DNA of 64,000 bases from Desulfobacterales bacterium (lineage in GTDB: Bacteria > Desulfobacterota > Desulfobacteria > Desulfobacterales > UBA5852). The stretch covers positions 1,248,001-1,312,000 of the forward strand of contig CAXXVS010000003.1 of assembly GCA_963674755.2 (NCBI GenBank), written 5' to 3'. How positions within the stretch are numbered: position 1 is the first letter of the stretch; each line of letters opens with the position of its first letter. A program made the position numbers and the translations under genes. Shown one piece after another: positions 20,201 through 29,214 of the stretch. The notes under the pieces are model-generated. The model searched no databases. It saw nothing but the letters and a program-made list of their open reading frames with translations, and was not told the origin of the DNA.

Positions 20201-21702
20201 TTCTCTGGTCGGCCCCGGACACCTACGACCCCTATGAAAACGCTCGCCGGGTGCGGGTGGTACCCAATGACGAACTTGATGAGGAGAGTACCAACGGGAT
20301 CACCTTAGGCCTTCTTTACAAGGAAGGCAAGGACGGCCAGGGTGCGCCGGCCGACGCCATTTTGCGACTATTCCGCGGCGGGTTCGATGTCGCGGATATG
20401 GATCCGGAGCCGCTGAACTTGAGCTCTTCGACGCCCTACCTGTTCCAGAATCCGGATGATGCCGGCAGTGAAGACGGAAGCGGCGACAACCCGGCCGGCG
20501 ACGGCACCGGCGACATGCTGCCCAATCGCAACACACCCAAGATCGATCACTTCTACTGGACCGACGCCAACCTGCACGATCCCACCGGCTATTGGTACAA
20601 GTCAGAGGCCGGCGACAACCTATTCGACGAAGACGGCTACACGCCGGATATCAGTGGCAATCCCTTCGAGAACGTCTTCTCCACCCGCCTGGCCATCCAC
20701 GGCGACCTTGTCCTGGCCGGTTACGCCTACTGCGTCAACTGGTCGGCGGGCAAAAAGGCCAAGGACCACTACGACTTCTATATCCGGGTCTCCGAGGATG
20801 CCGGCGCGAAATGGACCCTGCCGGTCAATGTCTCCCAGCTCAAGAACCACGAGGAGTCGGTGGCCGACTGCCGGGTGATCCTCACGCCGCCGACGCTGGA
20901 TGATTGGGCAATTTACGATTCGCCATATGGTCAACGGATTCCTTTCTCCATGACCGGTGCCCCGGCGATTGAATCCCCGGGAGACTTCAACGAACCCAAC
21001 ACCTTTTTCGTGGGCGTGGGCACCAAGGAGAACATCCCCCAGCCTAGTCCCAACGTAACCGAATTGGAGGAGAGCGAGGTTTTTCTGGACACGTTCTACT
21101 CCCAGGCCAAAATTACGAACGGGGTGATTGAGTTCGAGACCTACCAGAAGGACAATCCCAAGTATATAGAGGGATCCAAACCCTACTTGGACGTCGACGG
21201 TAACCCGACCGATGACGCATGCGCGGAAATCCTCGACGATGACACCGGCACCTGCGTGCCCAACGAGCCCAACCCGGCCTTTCCCGAGCTGGTCGACGAG
21301 TTCAACTGGCTGGCCAAAGGCGACGCCAATCAAGGGGACATTCAGATGACCTGCAACCCCTTCGGCAGCCGCCTGTACACCATCTGGGAACAGGAATTGC
21401 CCATCACTGACGAGGACGGCCAGAAACACTTCCAGGGCTCCGACGTTTGGTTCCGCAAGATCATCTACGAAGAACCGGAGGCCTCCGAAAGCGGGGATGT
21501 GAACGGGGACGGCGACCTGACATGGGACGACGGTCGTGCCATTCTGGACGCCGTCGGCACGACGGCCTATGATGCGGATTTTCTGTGGGCCGGCGACTAT
21601 GACGGTGACTACCGCATTTCCGGCCGGGACTATAGCCGCTGGAAGCGCCTATACACCAAAGACAGCCTTGGCAATAAGAGAAAGAAATGGCGTTCAAAGT
21701 AG
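17260..21702 (+). CDS. Large secreted Asp-box protein, choice-of-anchor-O-like paralog 2, with rubredoxin-like domains, two CXXCH and a C-terminal dockerin-like domain
   Basis: AGGAG RBS; signal MRRKQSFWVALVAICLLGTISPAMA; SYDEGLTWK; WQEDPKGLKTGKGRGPG. Rubredoxin CTACPYVYD..LPEDWVCPLCG; second partial copy LPDDWACPKCG. CRSCH (19540-19554), CTGCH (19876-19890). DSDGDTINDRADMCPGTP. GDVNGDG...GDYDGD duplicated Ca-loops. Confidence 0.78.
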   Translation: MRRKQSFWVALVAICLLGTISPAMADWGDVTNKFSISTSAPVANTNVDGTFTTIDVTVTFSADLDDAIMGDLRLLVVPLDGTPAPRNPDGEMGLDGSNPIIYYILPTGEDGELVPNESVTITMEMEGNVSSPDFNFSIEVNDESIDTTIFRKKISKTPEYYSGEGGIEVMPLYVEARSTQGYAYTRDTLSGDLIPCCPDECPNGEEGADDVCGICDPSCAASGYATVKPLVVTYVQEEEEAPFNSVPSYDPNEDGVADEGDRYAHDIYAAVSYDEGLTWKRRNISRTSLKSSFTLPNGVSYPGDSEDADLTVVGPYAFVTWVDKYCRSGDPWDMEAQDIDDIYQVTGSQKSVDYLDVTGDEDPRPDLGVRPFSCLWGARGVLDMEPETADGEANPNYGTIVWYKAEQLSTGRRDAKRNFNAGIEPVHDPNLNENNLVEGTGGFAVSWQEDPKGLKTGKGRGPGAGMSGACVNHKTDIWYSYIGWSDFATVDEDFVSNSDGDAVQDGDGESMSNYFCTACPYVYDPELGDVEHDILAGTSFDSLPEDWVCPLCGAAKADFEKDAKPHALVHFHPPVRVTDNAVCRERNPTEIMGHVHTADHIAVTDCDYYYEGGTTNQPLAWDDLPDDWACPKCGGTKDTFEAEAIFIKYRNEGAPYCEWFANNPRVDGDGNEVSSTEDAYAVAYYTTDEGEPLDGNTGASRANLSLVNWQGETLALMAYEETKGVGAGSDKEAAAMEQAAPLPLVKMDDGTWEAGFTNSDCRSCHYKNVVPRDRVIPVSDQTICEEVKGGVWKEELEAYFPYTGYPYITDQSVDVGQLAADGVSYDTSNAVKCVKFQGGWGMYPRDYAQIYEGDNYYNLPDHMPGWHQEALDCTGCHLPYNTKDSDGDTINDRADMCPGTPAGADDIDMNPESVNYGCSASESPDDQDNNKDEPDRFRHGKNLYYHHFVFNDPDLAAIGHGDQINGFSRDVLGQDDEGNDILWSAPDTYDPYENARRVRVVPNDELDEESTNGITLGLLYKEGKDGQGAPADAILRLFRGGFDVADMDPEPLNLSSSTPYLFQNPDDAGSEDGSGDNPAGDGTGDMLPNRNTPKIDHFYWTDANLHDPTGYWYKSEAGDNLFDEDGYTPDISGNPFENVFSTRLAIHGDLVLAGYAYCVNWSAGKKAKDHYDFYIRVSEDAGAKWTLPVNVSQLKNHEESVADCRVILTPPTLDDWAIYDSPYGQRIPFSMTGAPAIESPGDFNEPNTFFVGVGTKENIPQPSPNVTELEESEVFLDTFYSQAKITNGVIEFETYQKDNPKYIEGSKPYLDVDGNPTDDACAEILDDDTGTCVPNEPNPAFPELVDEFNWLAKGDANQGDIQMTCNPFGSRLYTIWEQELPITDEDGQKHFQGSDVWFRKIIYEEPEASESGDVNGDGDLTWDDGRAILDAVGTTAYDADFLWAGDYDGDYRISGRDYSRWKRLYTKDSLGNKRKKWRSK

Positions 21703-21893
21703 CAGATCGGCAAGGAAGCATTGAATCATCTTGTGAACGGTGGACTGCACTGATGGTGATTGAGCAGTCCGCCGTCACAGCCCCGTTTCCCTTATAGTGG
21801 GTGCTGATTCCCGCTGTTCCGGAATCCGGTCGGATCGAAGTCCTGACCCGTCAAGGAAACCATCGGAGCCTCTGTCCAAGGAAGGGTGCCGCG

Positions 21894-22097
21894 ATGAAGA
21901 TTGACGAGGCTGCCTTGATGCAAGCCCCTGTGAAAGAGAGAAAAGACTTCGCTGCGATTGGCCCGGAACAGCGGGATCGGCGCTCAGGTATCGACCGGCG
22001 TCAGTTTTCCTACGCCGTTCATTTGCCGGAGAGACGGCGCGGTCGGGAGCGGCGTCGGATGTGGTCGGCCTTGCCAACGGGTGCCGCCGGGCGATAG
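21894..22097 (+). CDS. Small Arg-rich protein with DRRSGxDRR/ERRxGxERR repeats
   Basis: GGAAGGG RBS; RDRRSGIDRRQFSYAVHLPERRRGRERRR. Confidence 0.55.
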   Translation: MKIDEAALMQAPVKERKDFAAIGPEQRDRRSGIDRRQFSYAVHLPERRRGRERRRMWSALPTGAAGR

Positions 22098-22388
22098 GGC
22101 CTTGCCGGTCTGAGCGTATGAAACCCGCTGATCTTGTGTACAGGCGGTCCTTATTGCCTGCCATCATCAGTGCCAATCGGAGGTTGCGCTTCAACCGCTG
22201 GGGTCATGCGTATTGGAAAAACGGATCTCGATTAAGAGGTAAATAAATTCCCAGTCTAATTGCACGTACTGCTTTTGGCAGACGCCTTCCATAACCGTCA
22301 ACATCACCCGTCGCTGCCGCATTAATTGGCCTTCAGCCTGCAATCGAGACAACGCTATAAATCCAGACTCCCGTGGAAGGGTTGCGCC

Positions 22389-22661
22389 ATGATGGAAAAA
22401 CGTCAGTTTTGCCGCACCGATCTGACGATGCCGGTCAAAGTCCGGCACGGCGCCCGGGTGGCGTGGCAATCCGTGGAAAATATCAGCCGCGGCGGAGCGT
22501 ATATCAGGGGCAAAGCAATGGCCCGGCGGGGCGAGCGCCTGGAACTGGTTTTCAGCTTCCCCGGCCTGGCCGCGCCGATTCCGCTGCCTTGTCGGGTCGT
22601 ACGGCGGGATGCTGCCGGCATCGGTGTCCACTTCATTCCCTATCCGGTGGGCGAATCCTGA
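22389..22661 (+). CDS. Stand-alone PilZ domain protein
   Basis: EKRQFCR (RxxxR), ENISRGG (D/NxSxxG), CRVVR...GIGVHF. Confidence 0.75.
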   Translation: MMEKRQFCRTDLTMPVKVRHGARVAWQSVENISRGGAYIRGKAMARRGERLELVFSFPGLAAPIPLPCRVVRRDAAGIGVHFIPYPVGES

Positions 22662-22758
22662 CACGGTCGAATTTCAACGGCGGCCGGACCGATCCAAATA
22701 CGATGGTAACATTCCGGCGGTATCGCCTGGGGCTTGCCATAAAACGTGTGGGGGTGGT

Positions 22759-22774
22759 TGGCACGATAGATGCT
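22759..22774 (+). promoter_or_regulatory. sigma54 promoter of the gspE operon
   Basis: TGGCAC-GATAG-ATGCT. Confidence 0.7.
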
Positions 22775-23005
22775 ATAGACTTCCTCACGGACGCCGGTGC
22801 GTGGGGACCGGCTGTTTACAGGCGCGACGATCTGGTGCTAATGTGATTGTGGTGGCGCCGCAGCAGGGTACGATACGGTTTCCAGCGAATGGCCGCCGAA
22901 ACGCCCGGGGGCATTTCGCCCATATCTCGTGCCGGACATTGCCCACCGCCCTTGCCGCGGTTGGTCTTCACGGCTTCGATCATCTGACACAGGCGGTATT
23001 CCGAC

Positions 23006-24541
23006 ATGCGCGAATCCCAAGCGAACGACCGTATTCCACGCTCCCGTTATCCCCTTGAGCCGGTAGCCCTCGATAACCTGTCGGTCAAGTTTATGAAGCA
23101 GGCCTGTTTCGTGCCGCTGCGCCTGGCGGGTCAGGAGCTGGAGATCGCCATGGCCGACCCCCAGGCGGTGGACACCCTGGAAGCGCTGGAAGCGGCGTTC
23201 GGCCTGTCGGTCGTGCCTGTGATCGGCCATCGTGAAGATATCCAGGAAGTCATCGAACTATTGTACGGCACCGGGCGCCAGTCCATGGAGACCATTATCG
23301 AACAGGCCGGACAGGATGTCTTCGAAACCATTGGCGATGGCGAGGAGGATGCCGATCACTTGCGCGATATGGCCTCCGAAGCGCCGATTATCCGCCTGGT
23401 CAACCGCTTGATCCTCAATGCCATCGAATTACGGGCCAGCGATATTCACTTCGAACCCTTCGAGAGCGAATTCAAGGTCCGCTACCGCATCGACGGCGTG
23501 TTAAACGATGTGGAGGCGCCTCCCAAGCGGCTGCAATCGGCCATCATTTCGCGGGTCAAGATCATGGCCAAGCTGGATATTTCCGAGCGCCGCCTGCCCC
23601 AGGACGGCCGCACCAAGCTGAAGATCGGCGGCAAGGAGATCGATTTCCGTATTTCGACGATCCCCACCCTCTTCGGGGAGAGCGTGGTGATGCGCATCCT
23701 GGACAGGGATACCCTGGTGCTCGATCTGCGGCAATTGGGCTTTCCGGACCACCTGCTGGACCGCTACCTGAAACTGGTCACCCAGCCCCACGGCATGATC
23801 CTGGTCACCGGACCCACCGGAAGCGGCAAGACCTCCACCCTCTACGCCACCCTGGCCCGGATCAATTCGCCCGAGAATAAAATCATCACCCTGGAAGATC
23901 CGGTGGAATACCAGTTGAAGGGCATCAACCAGATTCAGGTCGCCCCCAAGATCGGGCTGACCTTTGCCGGCGGGCTGCGTTCCATCGTTCGCCAGGATCC
24001 AGACATCATCCTGGTGGGAGAGATCCGGGACCGGGAAACCGCCGAGACGGCCGTGCAATCGGCCCTGACGGGCCACTTGCTGTTCAGTACGCTGCACACC
24101 AACGATGCGGCGGGGGCGGTGACCCGCATGCTGGATATGGGGGTCGAAAGCTTTCTTCTCAGCTCGACCCTGTTGGGGGTTCTGGCCCAGCGCCTGGTGC
24201 GTCTGCTTTGCCCCGTGTGCAAGACGCGCCACGAGCCGGATCCGGACGAATTGGCCACCATGGGCATCCCCCCGGACGAGGCGGCCGGCCTGACCCTCTA
24301 TGAACCCCAGGGCTGTGAGGCCTGCCGGGGAACCGGTTATAAAGGGCGCACCGCCATTTTCGAATACCTGAGGGTCGACGACGACCTCCGCCGGGAAATC
24401 AACGCCCATGCCGACACCGAACGTATCAAGCAGGTGGCGGTGGAAAAGGGCATGGTGCCGCTGCGCCGCGACGGGTGGCAGAAGGCCGCCCAGGGCGTGA
24501 CCACTCTGGCTGAAGTATTCAAGGTAACCCTCGAGGACTAG
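23006..24541 (+). CDS. gspE: Type II secretion ATPase GspE
   Basis: ASDIHFEP, RRLPQDGR, GPTGSGKT, EDPVEY, RQDPDIILVGEIRD, CPVC..CEAC Zn motif. Confidence 0.92.
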   Translation: MRESQANDRIPRSRYPLEPVALDNLSVKFMKQACFVPLRLAGQELEIAMADPQAVDTLEALEAAFGLSVVPVIGHREDIQEVIELLYGTGRQSMETIIEQAGQDVFETIGDGEEDADHLRDMASEAPIIRLVNRLILNAIELRASDIHFEPFESEFKVRYRIDGVLNDVEAPPKRLQSAIISRVKIMAKLDISERRLPQDGRTKLKIGGKEIDFRISTIPTLFGESVVMRILDRDTLVLDLRQLGFPDHLLDRYLKLVTQPHGMILVTGPTGSGKTSTLYATLARINSPENKIITLEDPVEYQLKGINQIQVAPKIGLTFAGGLRSIVRQDPDIILVGEIRDRETAETAVQSALTGHLLFSTLHTNDAAGAVTRMLDMGVESFLLSSTLLGVLAQRLVRLLCPVCKTRHEPDPDELATMGIPPDEAAGLTLYEPQGCEACRGTGYKGRTAIFEYLRVDDDLRREINAHADTERIKQVAVEKGMVPLRRDGWQKAAQGVTTLAEVFKVTLED

Positions 24542-24542
24542 T

Positions 24543-25769
24543 ATGGCCGCCTATACCTACAAAGCCGCCGACCCCCAGGGGAAGATCATTCGCGGCAGCA
24601 TGGAGGCCGCCGACGAGGCCGCGGTCGTGGCCGGGTTGCAGACCAAGGGATGCCTCCCCATCCGCATTCAGATCGCCGAGGCCTCGCCCTCGGGCCGCGC
24701 TTGGGGGCGTCTGTTGACCGCCACTTGGGGCGGTGCCGTGACAGGGCGGGATCTGACCGGGTTTACGCGGGATCTGGCCACCCTCTTCGGGGCCGGTCTG
24801 CCCATCGACCGGGCGCTGCACATCCTGATCGATGCCACCGAAAATCAGCGTTTCAAGCCCATTATTCAATCTATGCTGGAGGACGTTCAGGGGGGCAGCT
24901 ATCTCTCGGATGCGATGATGAAGCATCCGCGAATATTTTCCAAATACTATACCAATATGGTCCGGGCCGGGGAGGTGGGCGGCGTGCTCGAGGCCGTTCT
25001 GGGCCGTCTGGGCGTTTTTCTGGAAGAAAGCCAGGACCTGCGCGAGTACGTGCGCTCGGCCATGATTTATCCGATCTTCCTGGTGGTCGTGGGAGGCGTT
25101 TCCGTTCTCATCCTGCTGACCTTTGTCATTCCGAAATTTGCGATCATTTTTGCGGATATGGGCCATGCGCTGCCCCTTTCGACGCGTTTTCTGCTGGGTT
25201 TCAGCACCTTTCTGCGGGACTATGCCTGGATCATCCTCCTGACCCTGGCGGCAGCGGGAATTGCCGTGTCACGCTGGCTGCGCACACCCATCGGCCGCTA
25301 TCGGATCGATGGCCTCAAGCTCCGGCTGCCGGTCTGGCGGGATATTGTACAGGCCATGGAAACGGCCCGCTTTACGCGCACCCTGGGGACCCTTATCCAA
25401 AGCGGCGTTCCCATTCTCAAAGCACTCATGCTGGTGCGGGACGTGATCGCCAACCGGGTCGTGGCCGATGCCATCGAGGTCATTCAGGACCGTGTCAAAG
25501 AGGGGGAGTCCATGGCACGGCCCATGGCGAGCGCCGGCTACTTCCCCCCGCTGGCCGTGCAGATGGTGACCGTGGGCGAAGAGACGGGAACACTGGATCT
25601 CATGTTGCTGAAGATTGCCGACAGTTACGACAAACACCTGCGCAGCCTGATCAAGCGTCTGATCAACCTGCTGGAGCCCGTCATGATTCTCGTGATGGGC
25701 CTGGTGGTGGGATTTGTCGTAATTTCCATGTTGATGGCCATTTTCAGCATCAACGAATTGCCTTTTTAA
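24543..25769 (+). CDS. gspF: Type II secretion inner-membrane platform GspF
   Basis: AGEVGGVL, AMIYP, VGEETG, LLEPVMI. Confidence 0.92.
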   Translation: MAAYTYKAADPQGKIIRGSMEAADEAAVVAGLQTKGCLPIRIQIAEASPSGRAWGRLLTATWGGAVTGRDLTGFTRDLATLFGAGLPIDRALHILIDATENQRFKPIIQSMLEDVQGGSYLSDAMMKHPRIFSKYYTNMVRAGEVGGVLEAVLGRLGVFLEESQDLREYVRSAMIYPIFLVVVGGVSVLILLTFVIPKFAIIFADMGHALPLSTRFLLGFSTFLRDYAWIILLTLAAAGIAVSRWLRTPIGRYRIDGLKLRLPVWRDIVQAMETARFTRTLGTLIQSGVPILKALMLVRDVIANRVVADAIEVIQDRVKEGESMARPMASAGYFPPLAVQMVTVGEETGTLDLMLLKIADSYDKHLRSLIKRLINLLEPVMILVMGLVVGFVVISMLMAIFSINELPF

Positions 25770-25784
25770 AGTTGGGAGCGTTTT

Positions 25785-26219
25785 ATGCGTGTATCCGAAA
25801 ACCGCCGCCAAGGTTTTACACTGATCGAATTGCTGCTGGTGATGGTGATCCTCGGGCTGCTGGCCGCCCTGGTGGGACCGCGTTTCTTCGGCCAGGAGAA
25901 AAAGGCCAAACAACGGGCCGCCAAGGGGCAGATCGCGCTTTTCGAGGCGGCGCTGGATAATTACCGTCTCGATGTCGGGCGCTATCCGACCACCGCGCAG
26001 GGATTGCAGGCCCTGCGGGAAAGGCCCGACGGGGTGACCAAATGGGACGGCCCCTACCTCAAAAAAGCCGTTCCGAACGACCCCTGGGGCAACGCTTTTG
26101 CCTACGAATCGCCCAGCGAGCACGGGGATTATGCCATCATCTCCTATGGAGCGGACGGACGTCCGGGGGGTGAGGATGTGGACACGGACATTGTCAGCTG
26201 GCAGGACATCGCCCGATAG
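25785..26219 (+). CDS. gspG: Major pseudopilin GspG
   Basis: G|FTLIELL prepilin site; YRLDVGRYP, DPWGNAF, SYGADG. Confidence 0.93.
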   Translation: MRVSENRRQGFTLIELLLVMVILGLLAALVGPRFFGQEKKAKQRAAKGQIALFEAALDNYRLDVGRYPTTAQGLQALRERPDGVTKWDGPYLKKAVPNDPWGNAFAYESPSEHGDYAIISYGADGRPGGEDVDTDIVSWQDIAR

Positions 26220-26220
26220 G

Positions 26221-26757
26221 ATGACGCCCTTCCTAAAGCAACGTCATGTGCAGAGGGGCTTCACCCTTCTGGAATTGCTGGTGGTCCTGCTTCTGGTGGG
26301 GGTGTTGGCGGCCTTCGTCCTGCCCCGGGTGGGGGGATCGCTGCCCGGTCTGCAATTGCGCACGGCCGCCCGCAAAATGGCCGCCACCTTCCGCTACGCC
26401 ACCCAGCGGGCCATGACGGAACAGGTGACGTATCGTGTCCGTCTGAACGATGATGCCGGTATGGTAACCCTGGCTCCCGTACCGGCTTCCGGCGTACTTC
26501 CGGCCGATCCGTTTGCCGCGGCGCATACGCCTTCCCCGTCCTTGGATCGCTGGCAGCTGCCCGAAGAGATCCAGCTTCTCTTCCCCCTGGATCGGGACGA
26601 TCAGACGGCCGGCGATGACTATGTGATCTTTTTTTATCCGGATGGCAGCGGCAGCGGGGGGGCGGTCAGGCTGGCCGCCACCAATGGGCGGCAGATGGAA
26701 GTTCAAACGGATTTCATCACCGGCGAAACCACCATCCGGGATGTTGAACAGGGGTGA
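26221..26757 (+). CDS. gspH: Minor pseudopilin GspH
   Basis: RG|FTLLELL; FYPDGSGSGG. Confidence 0.8.
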   Translation: MTPFLKQRHVQRGFTLLELLVVLLLVGVLAAFVLPRVGGSLPGLQLRTAARKMAATFRYATQRAMTEQVTYRVRLNDDAGMVTLAPVPASGVLPADPFAAAHTPSPSLDRWQLPEEIQLLFPLDRDDQTAGDDYVIFFYPDGSGSGGAVRLAATNGRQMEVQTDFITGETTIRDVEQG

Positions 26758-27206
26758 GGCGTGCCAAGATGACCGGTCCAACCTTCACACAGATTGTCAT
26801 GCGGCCCGTTATGGGCGCCCGCAGGGGATTCACCCTGCTGGAAGTGTTGGTGGCCACCATGGTGCTGGGTATTGCGGTGGTGATCGTCATGCAGCTATTT
26901 TCAGGCGGGCTCGACCAGGCCAAACGGGCCGGGGATTATACCCGGGCCGTCTTTCACGCCCGGGCCAAAATGGAAGAAGTCCTGCTCGATCCCCCGTCCG
27001 GACCGGTTGCGGAGCAGGGCGAGTTCGACGACGGATACCGCTGGGCGTTGGAGACCGTGACGGATGCGGATTTGACGGCCGAGGGGTTGGGGGTGCAGCC
27101 GGTCGTGGTGCGGGTAACCGTCGGCTGGGGCTTCGATCAGCACCCCAAAACCTTTTCCCTCCAGACCATGACCCTGGCCCCGGCGCCGGAGGAACCGCCG
27201 TCCTGA
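26754..27206 (+). CDS. gspI: Minor pseudopilin GspI (start uncertain)
   Basis: RG|FTLLEVL; position after gspH. Confidence 0.75.
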   Translation: MRRAKMTGPTFTQIVMRPVMGARRGFTLLEVLVATMVLGIAVVIVMQLFSGGLDQAKRAGDYTRAVFHARAKMEEVLLDPPSGPVAEQGEFDDGYRWALETVTDADLTAEGLGVQPVVVRVTVGWGFDQHPKTFSLQTMTLAPAPEEPPS

Positions 27207-27268
27207 CCGCGGATGATCGGCAACGGCCTTGTCCCGGCGGAGAATCGAATAGGGGAAAGCGGACTGCC

Positions 27269-27895
27269 ATGCCCACCCATAGAGGATTTACCCTGCTGGA
27301 ACTCATCCTGGCATTGGCCATCATGGGGATGGTCGTTCTGGTGGCCCTGGGGGCTTTCCGCATCGGACAGCGCGCCTGGGAGCGCGGGGATGCCGTTGCG
27401 GCCCAGAACCAGCGGCTGCGTATCGGCGCCGAGCGCCTGCGTCAGCAGTTGGCGGCGGCCACCATCTATCTCATGCCGGGGGAAGACGAGGCCGTTATCG
27501 GGTTTACGGGCAGTGCCAGCGAAATTCGTTTCGTATCACGCCTGTCGCTGGTTCCCGGCCATGAGCAGGGGCTCGTGTATGTTCACTACCGCCTACTGGA
27601 AACCGCGGATCAGGGACAGGTGCTGGCCTTTTACGAACAGCCCGTGATGCTGCTGGAGGGCCTTCCCCAGGACGAACCGGCGCCGGAAGCGTTCCATCGC
27701 CTGATCGTGGGGCTGAGTGAGGCGGCTTGGCAGTACCGTGGTGGTGGGGACAGCGCCGAGGGCTCATGGCAGGCGGTCTGGGAGGCGGGCGAGGCGCTGA
27801 ACCTGCCGGAGGCGGTTCGGCTGCAGCTGGGCTACGGCAATGATCCGCCCCTGTCGGTCATCATTCGCGTGGTCAACCCCGAGGAGGGATCGTGA
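27269..27895 (+). CDS. gspJ: Minor pseudopilin GspJ
   Basis: MPTHRG|FTLLELI; C-terminal W...LPEAVRL. Confidence 0.78.
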   Translation: MPTHRGFTLLELILALAIMGMVVLVALGAFRIGQRAWERGDAVAAQNQRLRIGAERLRQQLAAATIYLMPGEDEAVIGFTGSASEIRFVSRLSLVPGHEQGLVYVHYRLLETADQGQVLAFYEQPVMLLEGLPQDEPAPEAFHRLIVGLSEAAWQYRGGGDSAEGSWQAVWEAGEALNLPEAVRLQLGYGNDPPLSVIIRVVNPEEGS

Positions 27896-28971
27896 CGGTG
27901 TGGCGGGCCGCCCTCTATCGATCCGGCGTGTTGCCGCGGGACTTCGGAGGCTGCCGGCATCAGGGACTGTCCGGTCAATCCGGGGTGGCGCTTGTCATGG
28001 TGATCTGGATTCTGGCCCTGCTGATGGTGATTGTGGGCGAGTTTGGCTACAGCATGCGTACCGAGGTCAACGCCACCCGGCAGTTCAAGGAAGCGGCCGA
28101 AGCCTACTACATTGCCGAAGCCGGCCTCAGCCGAGCCATTGTGGAGATCTTGCAGCAAAGCACGGCCAGCGATGAAGCGGACGATGGGGCCGCGCCATTA
28201 TCCGCGGAAGGTCCCGAGGCCCCCTGGCGCGTCAATGTCCCCCTGCCGGCGGTACCTTTCGGCGAGGGGCAATACCGTGTCTACATCGACAATGAGAGCG
28301 GTCGCGTGAACATCAATACGGCGGAACGCGGCCTGCTGCAGATGCTGGTGGATCACTTCGACTTGAGCGAGACTGAAAAGGATACCATCGTGGACGCCAT
28401 TCTGGACTGGCGCGACAGCGACGAACTGCACCGCCTCAACGGCGCGGAGAGCGACTACTACCAGTCCCTGCCCCGGCCCTATCACAGCAAGAACGGCCCC
28501 TTCGATTCGGTTTCGGAACTGCTTCTGGTGCGGGGCGTCACACCGGAGATTTACTACGGCGGTTTGCAGGACATGGTCACTGTGGCGCTGGACGACGGGT
28601 CCTGGGCCGGCCAGGGACTCACCCGCGCCAAGGCTTTGCGCCGCGCCGCCGGTGGCGCCGTCAATATCAATGCGGCGCGGCCTGCGATGCTGGCGGCGCT
28701 GCCGGACATGACCGCCGATGCGATTCAGGATGTGCTCGCCTTTCGCGAACACGACGATTTTCGCTCCCTGGACGAGGTGGCCACTGTGGTGGGTGGGGAA
28801 ATATTCGAAGCCATTGCGCCGTTTATTACCCTTCAAATGTCACCCTATTACATCATTCACACGGAAGGCCGTTTGACGGACAGCCCCGTTCGGCAGCTTG
28901 CTTCCACCCGTGTGCGCATCGATCCTGGGGGAGAAACGACATTTGTCGTACTCGAGCGCCGCATGAATTAA
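27892..28971 (+). CDS. gspK: Minor pseudopilin GspK
   Basis: SG|VALVMVI, AEAG, ESGRVNIN, ILDWRD, ELLLVRG. Confidence 0.85.
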   Translation: MTVWRAALYRSGVLPRDFGGCRHQGLSGQSGVALVMVIWILALLMVIVGEFGYSMRTEVNATRQFKEAAEAYYIAEAGLSRAIVEILQQSTASDEADDGAAPLSAEGPEAPWRVNVPLPAVPFGEGQYRVYIDNESGRVNINTAERGLLQMLVDHFDLSETEKDTIVDAILDWRDSDELHRLNGAESDYYQSLPRPYHSKNGPFDSVSELLLVRGVTPEIYYGGLQDMVTVALDDGSWAGQGLTRAKALRRAAGGAVNINAARPAMLAALPDMTADAIQDVLAFREHDDFRSLDEVATVVGGEIFEAIAPFITLQMSPYYIIHTEGRLTDSPVRQLASTRVRIDPGGETTFVVLERRMN

Positions 28972-28986
28972 ACGCTCTCATCGGTG

Positions 28987-29000
28987 TGTGGCGTGATACA
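28987..29000. promoter_or_regulatory. Putative enhancer (TGTGTC-N2-GACACA family)
   Basis: TGTGGC-GT-GATACA, 125 bp upstream of the sigma54 site at 29125. Confidence 0.5.
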
Positions 29001-29124
29001 CTCCTGGTGACCCACAAGTGGGACTTTGTCCCTCCAAGGGTCACACTCCCCGGCCTAGGGGATGGAAACGGTTTGATTTTTTTGATAAAACATCCGCAGT
29101 TGCTGGGTCACAACGCGATGGATT

Positions 29125-29140
29125 TGGCACGGGTTTTGGA
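29125..29140 (+). promoter_or_regulatory. Internal sigma54 promoter for gspL-M-C-D
   Basis: TGGCAC-GGGTT-TTGGA in the gap between gspK and gspL. Confidence 0.65.
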
Positions 29141-29214
29141 TTGAAAGAACGCGGCGGCACCGATTCGATGGGCACCGTCGAGCGGATAGGGTCAAATCGA
29201 CAGAAAGGGGCAGC

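Noticed and set aside
26642..27268. Long N-terminal extension of GspJ
   Set aside because: Overlaps gspH/gspI in another frame; the prepilin motif places the start at 27269.
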